From NCBI GenBank assembly GCA_951406725.2, contig OX597828.1, positions 49,724,001 through 49,788,000 of the forward strand: a stretch of DNA of 64,000 nucleotides. Direction: 5' to 3'. Shown in pieces: positions 25,855-38,035 of the stretch. The translations under genes were made by a program, and so were the position numbers. How positions within the stretch are numbered: position 1 is the first letter of the stretch; every line of letters starts with the position of its first letter. The notes beneath the pieces are model-generated. The model saw only the letters and a list, made by a program, of their open reading frames with translations. It was not told where the DNA came from and searched no databases. This DNA comes from Octopus vulgaris. Taxonomy: Eukaryota.

Positions 25855-26689
25855 CTGAGTAAAGAAAAAATATATACAAGGTTAATAAGTTTTTATTATA
25901 TATATATAAATCGAAATTGAACCAATCTTATGACTGGCACCCGGCAGATGCCAGGACCCCTGGACTGGTGGTACGAAAAAAGCACCATCCGAATCGTGGC
26001 CAATGCCAGCGCCGCCTCGACTGGCTTCCGTGCCAGTGGCACGTAAAATGCACCAATCCGACCGTGGCCGTTGCCAGCCTCGCCTGGCACGTAAAAAGCA
26101 CCCACTACACTCACGGAGTGGTTGGCGTTAGGAAGGGCATCCAGCTGTAGAAACACTGCCAGATCAGACTGGAGCCTGGTGCAGCCTCCTGGCTTCCCAG
26201 ATCCCCGGTCGAACCGTCCAACCCATGCTAGCATGGAGAATGGACGTTAAATGATGATGATGATGATATGGATGTTTTCTTTGTCTTCTTTCAGCCATTA
26301 GACTGTGGCACTGCCTTGAATTTTTAATCGAATGAATCGGCCTCGGTATTCTTTTAGAAGCCTGGTATTTATTCTATTGGTCTTATGCTGAAACATTAAG
26401 TTACAAGGATGTAAACACATCAGCACTGGTTATCAAGCAGGGGTTCAAGCAGATACACATGCCCTTTTTTAAAATGTTTTTGCTGAGCCTTGGTCTTTGT
26501 TGGTTCACCAAGACTGGTGATGTTTTGACACTGTTTAATGTTTCATTTGTACCAGTGCAGGACAATATCTTCAGGAAGATTTTAATTGGATGGATGGTTT
26601 GAGGAAGTAGGATTAGGTATTGTGACTAAAGGGGGTTGGGTGAGAGGTGGAAGGACAGCTAGGTTAATTATTTGGCTCAAAAAGCAAGG

Positions 26690-26965
26690 CCATGTAGGGG
26701 GGCATGGAGTTATGTACAGGGTGGTGTTCATGTAAAGAGTTCAGGCCACTTGAGGTGAAGGGAGACTTTGAACCGAGCGGTCGTCGGCATCTTTACTATC
26801 TCGTCCGGCAGCTTATTCCACGGATCTGCAACCCAGACGGATAAAGCCCCTCTCCTTCGATTGAGATGAAATGAAATCGTTGCAGATAGAGCTTTTTGGA
26901 GTGACCCCCGCAGCTGACGTTCTGGAGCAGGAGTGAAGAACAGCTCTTCGAGAGGTTACACCCTC
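26690..26965 (-). mobile_element. CR1/L2-clade LINE 3' fragment, second family
   Basis: RRGAFSVWVADPWNKLPDEIV-like C-terminus on the minus strand. Confidence 0.7.
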
Positions 26966-27521
26966 CGAGGGGTACAACTACACAGTGAAGGCATGTGGCC
27001 TTATGGCTACAATGTTTCTGATCCTAAGTTTGTGGGTTCAATCCATGGACCAGTCAAAGCCCTTCATTTCACGTTACTCCAGTCTACTTGGCTGTAAATA
27101 AGTAGGAGTCAGTTGCTCGTGAAACTGTTACATCTTGGACATTGCTCTGATTCAATGATGGGGGTACCTATGTCTACTCACGATTTCACAAACACTTAAA
27201 ACAAAAGCATGGTACATTTATTTCTTTACTACCCACAAGGGGCTAAACACAGAGGGGACAAACGGATTAAGTCAATTATATCGACCCCAGTGCGTAACTG
27301 GTACTTAATTTATCGACCCCGAAAGGATGAAAGGCAAAGTCGACCTCGGCGGAATTTGAACTCAGAACGTAACGGCAGACGAAATACGGCTACGCATTTC
27401 GCCCGGCATGCTAACGTTTCTGCCAGCTCGCCGCCTTGGTACACATGGTACACATTGCAAAGCAATATCCACTTGCAAGTAACAACCACATCATTAACCT
27501 TTTTGTATTTAATAAACTTAC

Positions 27522-27651
27522 CTGATGCCGAGATGAGCCAGGGTAAACCAATATAGAACGCCCAGCTAATTCCTCTTGACTTTTATCAAAGAATTTAGTA
27601 TCAGTTGCTTTTTTGTTTCTCTCCTCTAAAGTTGCTAAAATTTGCTTTTTC
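27522..27651 (-). CDS. LRRC49: LRRC49 exon (KKQILATLEERNKK...VYPGSSRHQ)
   Basis: Canonical sites; phase 2 to 0; resembles RKKQFRYLLE. Confidence 0.88.
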
Positions 27652-29920
27652 CTGGATTAAAAAAAAAAAAGTCATTTGATGGTGATTAATTGGAGCCAAG
27701 CGAGTTTCTATAACCGGGCAGCAAATCAAAGATTAGGAAGGCTATTTGAGAGTCCCATGCTGTTGGTATGATGTCTGTCTTCTCTCTCTTATATTATTGC
27801 CTTAGTACTTCTGTAGGTGAAATATACCTCTTCAGGATGTCTATTTATAACCAGGTTAACAATAGATAAGTTTAGTAACAATGAGGAAATAATATTTGAA
27901 AAGTTGTTAGTCAATATATATAATGTTCCACTATTCATGATGAAGGGAAGCCAAAAAACACCAACAGTGTTACCAAGTCAACTAGAGTGTCACGACAGGA
28001 TCACAGAACTTGCTAGAAATAACAGCTATATCTTCCTCAGCACACACACTGCTATATTTTAAAAAGATGGACATATTGTATAATGCAAACCAGTGGCCAT
28101 TGCCAGTAGTACCTGACTGGCCCTCGTGCCGGTGGCATGTAAAAAGCACCCACTACACTCTTGGAGTGGTTGGCGTTAGGAAGGGCATCCAGCTGTAGAA
28201 ACTGTGCCAGATTAGATTGGAGCCTGGTGCAGCCATCTGGTTCACCAGTCCTCAGTCAGATCGTCTAACCCATGCTAGCATGGAAAGCGAACATTAAACG
28301 ATGTTGATGTAGAATCTGTAACCACTGGGTTATGAATCATTTGGAACTGGGTCACACAGGAACAATAAATTTTTAAATTATACGGTGCTGGTGCCATGTG
28401 AAAAACTCCCAGTACACTCTGTAATGTGGTTGGCATCCAGCTGTAGAAACCCTGCCAAAACTGACCATGGAACCTGGTGTAGCTCCTGGCCTTGCCAGCA
28501 TGGAAAATGGACACTAAATATTATGATGATGACAACTACTGCAGTCTGCAGGTTTGTTTCGCTTTATGTATTATTTATATAATTAAAATGTATATTATGC
28601 ACTTTACTGTTTTGTTATTCTCATGATCTGAGAAAAAAACTGTCTTGCATGAAAATAGTTTGTGATGCAAAAACGGTTTAGTACGGTGTCAGCATCATGA
28701 TCGTAAGATTGTGGTTCCAATTCCTGGACCAGGTGACACGTGTTCTTGAGCAAAACACTTCATTTCACGTTGCTCCAGTCCACTCAGCTGGCGAAAATGA
28801 GTAACACTGTGATGGACTGGCGTCCTGTCCAGCTGGGGAACACATATGCTACAGAAACTGGGAAACTGGGCCCATGAGCCTGGCTAGGCTTTAAAAAGGG
28901 CGCATTTATTTTATTTTTATTTTATTGATAATATAGTCCACAAGTAACTACCTGTAAAGATGGGATGATCATGGTGAGAATGTCTTTGATCATACATCTG
29001 CTCCATTCAGGTCAGCTCTATCAGACAATCAGTAAAATAAGAAAAGAATTACTTGCAGAATTTTGGAATGTTTTCTTACCGGCACGTAAAAATCACCTGT
29101 TGAGAGTTGGGCCTCATTGGAGGTAATGTGGCCGATGCTGGTGTCACATAAGTAGCACCTTTTGAGTGTTGGGCCTCACCTCACAGAGGCAATGAGAAAT
29201 GACTGAGACCTTTGGCAATATGCCATACTGGAGTAGAAGACCCTTCAAGACAAGTGAAATAGTCGTGGCATATACTGGGGTCACACAACTGACACCTGTG
29301 CCAGTGGAATGTGAAAGTACCCATTATACTCTCAGAGTGGTTTGTGTTAGGAAGGGCATCTAGCCATAGAAACCATGCCAAATCAGACTGTAGTCTGTGC
29401 AGCCCTGGTCAAACCGTCCAACCCATGCCAGTATGGACAATGGATGTTAAATGATGATGATGAGGTTTACATATGGTCCAACCCAAGCCAGAATGGAACA
29501 TGGTCATTAAATCACGATGATGATGCAGGTGTTGGAAGTGGCTGTCTTTAACCCTTTAGTATTTAATCCAGTAATTTCCAACCCATATATTCTACCTGTT
29601 TTATGTTAAAACTGATCCAATCCAACCTCTCACCCCTATCCTACAATGTCATTCTAAAATAGACAAACACACCATAATGTGTGATTAATTCAAAACAACG
29701 TGAATAAATAAGCAATACATTTCACAAAGAAATCTGAATGTTGAAGGGTTAAAATAGAGACTGAGGCAGATCAGTACATGTCTGCCAGGGACACAACACA
29801 GTTACTACATATGGTCAGAGTTCAGCTATTTGTGTGTGTGTGTGAAGAGTTAAAGATAAATATCTCAAAGTTAATGAGAACAGAATGAAAACTGGAAAGA
29901 GATAAATGTTGACAACTTAC

Positions 29921-30030
29921 TTTGTTTCACTGACCAAAGTGATGAGTTGAGCTGAAGTTAGATACGTGGTCATCAGGTGTGAGAAAGTACCAAATAAATG
30001 TTCTGCATGGACGATATCAGTTGCTGTCAC
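29921..30030 (-). CDS. LRRC49: LRRC49 exon (VTATDIVHAEHLFG...LITLVSET)
   Basis: Matches VTQNDMIMAERLFG; phase 0 to 2. Confidence 0.93.
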
Positions 30031-30726
30031 CTGTTGATAGTCATTATAGAATTAGTAAGAACAATGTCACCAGTTGATGGTCGTTATACTGTTATTATAG
30101 ACAATGTCACCTGTTGATGGTTATTCTAGAGGCTACCACTGGTCAAAGTTGAACACTTATCTGCACATCTATGCACAATCCTGCATATTTGTTCTCGTAG
30201 AGTATTGGCATTTGCTTTTGCTTGGAAATTTCCCCTCTCCACCTCATGTATGTTGTCCTAAAGAAAGGTCCCTGCTTTAAGGCCCGTACAGTGTGCTACC
30301 ACTGAAGTCTTAAGCATTGCTGTTGGAAACAAAAAGGACTAAAACAGATACCACAAGGCACCTAGTCTATCCCTATGCCACCCCAACCCCAACAGTCCAT
30401 TCCCACCACCACCATCCTAGATTGATACTGCTGTTATTTGACCCCAAAAGGACGAAAAGTATAGTTGACCTTGGGTGTTGAGATCCAAACTTAAGGAGCA
30501 GAGAGTTGGACCAAATGTCTTGTTTTCATAAGTTCTGAATTAAAATCTTCCACCAAACCTTAATCATAATTTATGTTCCTAACACTAGCTTAATGATAAC
30601 CAAGTTATTTTACTAAATTCTTAGTTATATTTAAAGTAATTGAAAGAAACACAGAGCATCTCAAAATAAATACAGTAACGAAAGGGTTAAAGTTTAAAAT
30701 TGAATTTGAGAAATTGAAGTTCTTAC

Positions 30727-30909
30727 CTCTTTGTTGTTGATTGTCTTGAGAGAAAAATGAGCAAGTCGGAATAATAAATAATATCGCCACAAAGAAAACT
30801 TGGTGACTGGGTTTACTTCATCAATGACGATGTGGTCAAGTCTTCGGACTGTTGCCAAAGCATTCAGTTGTGTGAGGCTGTGAATGTTGCAGGCATTCAA
30901 TACTAAACA
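30727..30909 (-). CDS. LRRC49: LRRC49 exon (CLVLNACNIHSLTQLNALA...LWRYYLLFRLAHFSLKTINNKE)
   Basis: Matches LWKYYVLFRLSHF. Confidence 0.95.
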
Positions 30910-31378
30910 CTATGATAGGAAGTTGAAAACTTGGTTGTGAGAGTTAGCAATGGAGAATTAGTAAAGCGGAAGATTCCATTGGAAAAAATGGTTATGGTAT
31001 TCTGTATTGGCAAGAATATGAATAACTGAAACGGGAATATATTTTATGCTGTGAGGAAGAAAGAAAATCTGACATTTCAAGCAGATCTCTTCATTGAAGG
31101 GAAATGAAATGATATGTTAAATGGTGATGAAAGATAAATAAAGTGAGAGAGAGAGAGGAGGGGAGAGAGACAGATAGATGGAGGGAGAAGAAGAAATAAA
31201 GAAGACAAAGGGGAGAAGGAAGAGATAAGTTAGTGGAAAGAGAAAAACTGATGAGTGCAAGAAGACATAAGGTAGGCCCATAGATTTAGAAAACATTGTA
31301 GAAAGGAGAGGAGGGAGTGAGATGGAAATGCTGTTTACATATAAAGACACATACATTCAAGCATGCACCCATCAATTG

Positions 31379-31680
31379 TGGAGTCACATGGCCTAGTGGT
31401 TAGAGCAACGGACTCGCAGTCGAGGGATCACGGGTTCGAATCTCAGACCGGGCGATGTGTGTGTTTATGAGTGAAACACCTAAGCTCCATGCAGCTCCTG
31501 CAGAAGGTAATGGCGAACTTCTGCTGACTTTTTCACCACAACTTTCTCTCACCCTTTCCTTCTGCATCTTGCAGCTCACCTGCGACGGACTGGCGTCCCA
31601 TCCAGGTGGGGAACCTATACGCCAAGGAAACTGGGAAACCGGCCCTTATGAGCCAGGCATGGCTTGAGAAGGAACAAACA
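31379..31680 (+). mobile_element. tRNA-derived SINE family D. Related copies: 38072-38330, 28670-28910, 21540-21775(-), 42362-42690(-), 54557-54903(-)
   Basis: TGGCCTAGTGGTTAG A box and GGTTCGAATC B box running into a non-tRNA body. Confidence 0.85.
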
Positions 31681-32659
31681 TACATACATACATACATACC
31701 TGCATGAACATTAAGATGATGATAATGTTAAGCACCTTGTATTTCAGTTGAAAGTATGGTTGAACAGTTGATCCTGATTGTGTGGAAGCCAAAGTTTACA
31801 GCAAGATCCCGATCATTTGAATATGAAACAATAATAGTATTTTTTCCCCCACATCACTCACAAGCATTGACTAAATGGGGTATGAATGGGTTACATTAAA
31901 ATGAAAATGTTGTAAGCCCAGATAAAGCTGCTTGAGATCATAGGCATTACCCAGGCTTCTCTTGAATTCCTCCCAGCGATGTCTATGACAGTGTAAAAAT
32001 TAACACTTCCTTCTCCAAGCCTAGATTCAAAACTGAATCTAAGAATTCTCGGTTGTCCAAACCACCACGATCAACAGGCGTGAAAAAAAGGTTTTCTTTG
32101 TCCTGTCAAAAAGCAATTGATCATCTCCCTTTGACCTACGACCTCAGCCATGTCAGGCGAAGTTCAAATGGACAGCAGCTGACCTATTTAGGTACAAACT
32201 CTACTGCAGTATGTCTGTCCTTCTAGCTGTCACGATTATTATAAATACAGTGGTCAACAGACAGACGAGAGGAGAAAGGTCTATGATGACAGGTTTTGAA
32301 TGACTAGAGACTTGAGAGAAATGTTCGAAGTTCCACAGTAGACTACTGATCTCAGATGAACTACGCACATACACACACACACAGACATATTAATTTCTGA
32401 CATGTCACTTCAATAGATGTACCCTGTTTCTATTTCTAGCAACTCGTAGCAGTTGTCAACATTTTGCATGTAGTGAAGAATTATGTGCACCAACGACAAA
32501 TTAAGTCCAGTGAATAAATTATTTTTAACTATGAATTGATTCACTCATTTGTTTACTTCAAAGACATACACATTCCTTTTACATCTGTTCACCTGATACA
32601 CACACATAACCACAACAACAGTACAGATTGATCCAAGCAATAATTAAGCATAAACTTAC

Positions 32660-32882
32660 CACAAGACCAGGAAATCTAGATTTGAGTTTGGGTAAATGTT
32701 TAACAATCTCATCAAAGTCAATGAAATTGAAGAGAACGGTAGTAACATTTCCAGCAGTTGGAAGCCCCCACGTCCTATCAAGAGCTTCCAGAGAACCGAT
32801 TCCAAACATGGCTAAAGAATTGTCATCAAGTTCAGCAAGGTTGTTTAAATCACATTCATCATTTTCAATATTACTGGGAGAT
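32660..32882 (-). CDS. LRRC49: LRRC49 exon (...LAELDDNSLAMFGIGSLEALDRTWG...LPKLKSRFPGLV)
   Basis: Matches LYGSGALESLDRNW...LPKLKIKFP. Confidence 0.95.
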
Positions 32883-33355
32883 CTGAAAGCAGTTAAATAT
32901 AAATAAATATAAGATTTTTAATTTGTAGTAATGAAAAAAAAAACATCTTTTAAATGAAACTAAAAATTAATATTTTTCTCAGGGGCGTTTTGTCTATCTA
33001 TTCAGTCAACCTCTACACACCGTCTATCTATCCAGTCAACTATGTATTCAGTCAACATCTACACAGTATCTATCCAGTCAACATCCACACACTGTGTCTC
33101 TTTATTCTATCAAAATCTGGACACTGAGTCTAGATATCATCATCATCATTGTTTAACATCCGTTTTCCATGCTAGCATGGGTTGGACGGTTCGACCGGGG
33201 TCTGGGAAGCCAGAAGGCTGCACCAGGCTCCAGTCTGATCTGGCAGTGTTTCTACGGCTGGATGCCCTTCCTAACGCCAACCACTCCGTGAGTGTAGTGG
33301 GTGTTTTTAACATGTCACCGGCACGACCCCAAACATTTGAGACCAAAATGTTTAC

Positions 33356-33586
33356 CTAAAAATAAATGTTTGTTTTGTTGACTTCAGCTGTTCGTTGTGT
33401 GACTTGGAACCAGAGTTCTTTGGTATTTCACCTTCCTGCTGTTCATCACTCAGATTAGGTGTACTAGGTACATCGGTTGATGTACTAGGTACATCTGTTG
33501 ACGTACTTGTTACATCTGTTGCTGTACTTGGTACATCTGATTGCGCACTGTGGCTACCTGCAGGATATTTCAGCAACTTTTCAAGT
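33356..33586 (-). CDS. LRRC49: LRRC49 low-complexity linker exon with DVPSTST repeats
   Basis: ctttccag acceptor, AG|gtaaac donor; phase 2/2; open frame. Confidence 0.8.
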
Positions 33587-34380
33587 CTGGAAAGATTTAG
33601 GAAGATTTTATTTAAAAGAAATTTTCAATTCATTAACAACTTGGTATAAACATCATGAATATTATCAACATTACCAACTTTCTAAACACCCAGTATTTTC
33701 AACATTATTGACTTTCTAAACATTATCAGTATTATTTACTTAACCTTTAACATTATTCAACGTTATTGTTGATAGTATATTACTATTTATAAAGTTAATA
33801 TCACTAACAATGACAATCAAAACTAACAGTGCAATCAACTTCATTACCTATTAGTACTGTGAACATTATTGACTTTATCAACATTATAAGGTACTAGTCA
33901 AATACTTGAGTTGATTTAATCAACTAATACTGATATTAGAAATTACAGAGGCTGATACCCAATAAATCATTTTAGTGTTGTTTGCTCTTTAGGGACCAAT
34001 GAGGGTGTAATTGGTGGTGACTTGGTCAGCAATTACTCTGTGACAGTCGACAATCAACAGCAAAATGAACTGGTACAGATCACACTATCCCAAAGCATGT
34101 ATACATGTGACTGGGGATCATGTGTGAACTTGTATTCCCACTGAAACTATGAACATGAACTCTACACCTCAACAATGAACGACAGCTATAGCATCAGCTC
34201 TATCTGACACACTTGCTCTCCCAGTGAGGCATTTGTCAAATTTGCAAGCTGGATTTTGGGGGCTGCAGACAAAAGCATTACTTTGCCTGTTGCTATTAAT
34301 CATTTTTAATAAGCCACTCACTATTTGTGACACCAGTGCCTGCATAGACACTGGGATTCTATATATGTATATATATATAT

Positions 34381-34790
34381 AGGCGCAGGAGTGGCTGTGT
34401 GGTAAGTAGCTTGCTTACCAACCACATGGTTCTGGGTTCCGTCCCACTGCATGGCACCTTGGGCAAGTGTCTTCTGCTATAGCCTCGGGCCAATCAATGC
34501 CTTGTGAGTGGATTTGGTAGACGGAAACTGAAAGAAGCCTGTCGTATATATATAATATATATATGTATGTGTATGTGTGTGTATATGTTTGTGTGTCTGT
34601 GTTTGTCCCCCCACCATCACTTGACAACCAATGCTGGTGTGTTTACGTCCCTGTCACGTAGCGGTTCGGCAAAAAGAGACCGATAGAATAAGTACTGGGC
34701 TTACAAAGAATAAGTCCTGGGGTCGATTTGCTCGACTAAAGGTGGTGCTCCTGCATGGCCGCAGTCACATGACTGAAACAAGTAAAAGAG
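34381..34790 (+). mobile_element. tRNA-derived SINE family C, full length. Other copies: 52913-53250, 55320-55620(-), 3130-3650(-), 25230-25580(-), 17770-18005(-), 58685-58845
   Basis: TGGCTGTGTGG A box, GGTTC B box, GGCACCTTGGGCAAGTG core, GACTGAAACAAGTAAAAGA tail. Confidence 0.9.
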
Positions 34791-34953
34791 TATATATATA
34801 TATATTCTATTTGTTTTATGTTGAAAACTGACCAGACCCAGCTACAAGATACTACATGATTAATTTTTTAAAATGTGGATAAATAAGCATTACATTCAAC
34901 TAATTAATCTGAATGCTAAAGAGTTAAGCCATTTAATTTCTAAAGAAACATAC

Positions 34954-35168
34954 TTTCCCGATATATGAAAAACATCATCGAATATTGTGGCGGCATCTTT
35001 ATTCTGAGGGATTCCAGTGTCATTCGGTCGTCTGGTGTTGGGGTAAGAACCAACATGTTGAGTATACAGCTCAGGTATTTTACCAGTTTTACCAACATGG
35101 GACATCAAACTTCCTTGTATGACATCCCACTGTTTCTTAGCATTGTTAATGGCAACTCGGCGCTTTTC
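34954..35168 (-). CDS. LRRC49: LRRC49 exon (EKRRVAINNAKKQWD...)
   Basis: Matches EKKRLTINNVARQWD; phase 0 to 2. Confidence 0.92.
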
Positions 35169-35901
35169 CTACAGATAGAACAGAAAATGATGGTAACAAG
35201 AATAACGGTTGTCAGTTTTATTGTGGTTTGAGAGGCAGTAGAGTAGTGGATGTGTGTGTCTTGTGAAAAAGTTGTGTGTGTTGTAGTAGAATGGCACACG
35301 TGTGTATGTGTACCTTGTAATAGAATAGTGTGGGTGTGTTGTAGAATTGTGTATGTGTTGTGATAGTGTAGTATGTGTGTGTGCTGTAGTAGAGTGGTGT
35401 TTGTATGTGTTGTAGTAGAGTAGTAGTGGTGATAATTATAATGATGATGATGATGGTGATCACAAAAACAAAGCTTGCTTCTACCAAGGTACCACCACCA
35501 TCAACACTTTCCACATCTACCCAAGCCTCTCACCTCCACCCATTGCCAACTGCCTCCTACCTCCAACACCCCCACCTCCACCCAACGCCTCTCACCTCCA
35601 CCCAATGTCTCCTGCCTCTCACCTTCACCCAAGGTCTCCCACCTTCACCCAAGGCCTCCCGTCTCTAACCACCATTAATGCTCATTTCAAATTTTAGCAC
35701 AAGGCCAACAATTTCAGTCAATTCCACTGACCTCAGTATTCCACTGGTATTATTTTATCCACCCCCCAAAACGATGAAAGCAAAGTCCAAAGTTGAGCTC
35801 AGCAGAATTTGAACTCAGAATGTGAAAACAGACAAAATTCTGTTAGGCATTTTCCCTAGCAATGCTAACAATTCTGCCAGCTTCCTGCCTTGACCACTGA
35901 C

Positions 35902-35985
35902 CTTCAATGTGGCTATCTTCCTCATCTCCCTTTTCCGTTCTTCCTCTTTTCGTGCCGCAACCAATGCCATTCTTCTCTCGTCTTC
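35902..35985 (-). CDS. LRRC49: LRRC49 exon (EDERRMALVAARKEEERKREMRKIATLK)
   Basis: Matches the EEERRMASVLAKKEEEKKRE coiled coil. Confidence 0.94.
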
Positions 35986-36184
35986 CTGAGAAAAAAAAAC
36001 AACAACAACAACAGCTTTATTAATTTCAGTATTCCATTTTTCTTTTTTACTTGTTTCAGTCATTCGACTGCAGCCATGCTGGAGCACTGCCTTAAACGGT
36101 TTTAGCTGAAGAAATCAACCCCAGGACTTATTCTTTGTAAGCCTAATACTTATTCTATCGGTCTCTTTTGCCAAACTGGCTACT

Positions 36185-36981
36185 TGTAAGTAGCAACAAA
36201 AAAGCTTTGATAAGCAAAAACATAACAAATGGCGGTACTACTTAAGAAGAGTGGTCCCAGTGCACGCACTCACATACTCACGCATCTGCGCTAGCTAGTC
36301 ATGACTAGTCGATCCTACAACGACTACCTAGCAAAGTAAATAAAACACAAAATAAATAAATTTTTTTTACACAAAGTAAATCATTTTTTTAAACAAATTA
36401 AATAATTTTTTTTACACAAAGTAAATAATTTTTTTAAAACAAAATAAAACAAAAACACAAAGTAAGGATTGACTAGTCACAACTAGCTTGCGCAGTTCGT
36501 GAGTACACGAGTGCGTGCACTGGGACCACTCTTCTTAAGTGGGACCACCAATGGCTTACTGTTTAACCAAATTAAACAAACAATCGATTAATTAGTTGGA
36601 TATTTAACCAGTTGACTAATAAAAAAGGAGTGGAATCGAACCAATCCTGACTGGAACATGTTGAGTAGCTCTGTGGTGAGAGGTTAGCCCTTATAAGGAC
36701 TGGAACCAAAGACGAAAGGGGTCTGAAAACACTCCTTTATATACCGTTTGGGTGGCTCAAACGAACTTCAGAAATGGAATCTTAACCAAAGGCCGTGATT
36801 GGCTGTTTCGGGACAGTGGCGCGAAAATAAGTGGAGACAAGTCGCGTCACATGTCAACCAATCAGGTTAGTGGTTACAACAACATTAAACTAGCCAAAGA
36901 TGTTTGTAATCTCAAACGAGATCATTCTTAATATTTTTCTCAAACAGTGAAGATAGCAATGAAGAAAACAATATTGCTACA
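36185..36981 (-). mobile_element. Solo LTR, same family as 41256-41779
   Basis: TG...CA ends; reverse complement aligns by eye with 41256-41779; CCAAT boxes and TATA retained. Confidence 0.7.
36231..36549. mobile_element. MITE, PIF/Harbinger-like, inserted in a solo LTR
   Basis: About 85-bp TIRs (CTTAAGAAGAGTGGTCCCAGTGCACGCACTC); 3-bp AAT duplication. Confidence 0.8.
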
Positions 36982-37477
36982 ATAATATTGGCATAATGGC
37001 TCTTCACATACCAAATCTGTTTTAACAAATATAAGGCAGTAATCATCAACAGACGTACAGCTACATGTATAACATGTATAACATGTATCAAGTATCAAAT
37101 ATGCATTACAGATGAAATAAACAAGTGTTACATCATTCTTGAGTGCCATGAAAGTCTTAGACTACCAAACATCTCACTAAACCATTTCCAACTCACTCAT
37201 TCCTCCTTCTCTTCCTCTTATCAACTTTCTCGTCCCCACACTTCCTCCCTTGACCTACACTAATCAAGGCACCAAGTTCTTTCTTTCCAAAAACTCCCAG
37301 CAGAAGATTTCCGGAACTCCCTCCCAGCTCACATATTTCCTGCAGGCGTTGAATTACAAAGACCCGAGACAAACATTAAGGTATCGGTCCCACCAGTCTG
37401 GGAAGGTTTGAGAATGCTGTGGGTACCTTGTGGGTACTGGCCCTTCCTTCAGACCCACTCTGTTAACACATGTGCAT

Positions 37478-37850
37478 TCACACACACACACACACACTCC
37501 TACTCTTACACAGATATACACACACCACACACACACAAGCACATACTCATATATACACACAAAACACATTTACACTCAATGATACATATACAAACACACA
37601 CTCACACATATGCATTCATAATCTCACACACACACACACACACGTACTGACCCTCTCTCTGTCTCTCACACACACAACACACAAATACATACACACTTAT
37701 GTATATGAGTGTGTGTGTATTTACACACAAACACACACACACTCGACAGAACACAAACACATGCACTCTCTCTCTCTCTCACACACATACACACACACAC
37801 ACATGCACACACTCTCTCTCTCTCACACACACACACAAAGAAACATATAC
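37478..37850. repeat. Degenerate (CA)n/(CT)n tract
   Basis: Direct inspection; accounts for several His/Thr- and Cys/Val-rich pseudo-ORFs. Confidence 0.9.
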
Positions 37851-37887
37851 AAACACCACATCTCTTCAGAGAGAGGGGTCTACTTAC

Positions 37888-38035
37888 AGAGACTCGTCGC
37901 ATGTCGAGCAGCCGGAGTTGTTGCATGTTGTAAAGGACATTTTGCCGATAACTGTGTTCAATGGCGATGGGGTTACCATCAAGGGAGACTTCGGACAAAG
38001 AACTAGACTCTGACAGACAGCTAATGGCACTGAAA
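37888..38035 (-). CDS. LRRC49: LRRC49 LRR-cap exon (FSAISCLSESSSLSEVSLDGNPIA...LLDMRRVS)
   Basis: LRRcap motif; an in-frame alternative acceptor at 38029 is possible. Confidence 0.93.

Noticed and set aside
31069-31105. Penelope-type minimal hammerhead ribozyme on the minus strand
   Set aside because: Core is degenerate (CAATGA...GAAAT instead of CTGANGA...GAAAC)
31379-31450. tRNA gene
   Set aside because: A/B boxes run into a SINE body with no closing acceptor stem; the same applies to the other SINE heads
31735-32130. piggyBac transposase fragment (HRHRWEEFKRSL)
   Set aside because: Only one weak motif and many stops; cannot be supported by eye
37470-38006. His/Thr-rich ORFs, and similar Cys/Val/Tyr/Ile ORFs at 51994-52615
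   Set aside because: Translations of (CA)n/(TA)n/(GATA)n tracts, partly antisense to a real LRRC49 exon
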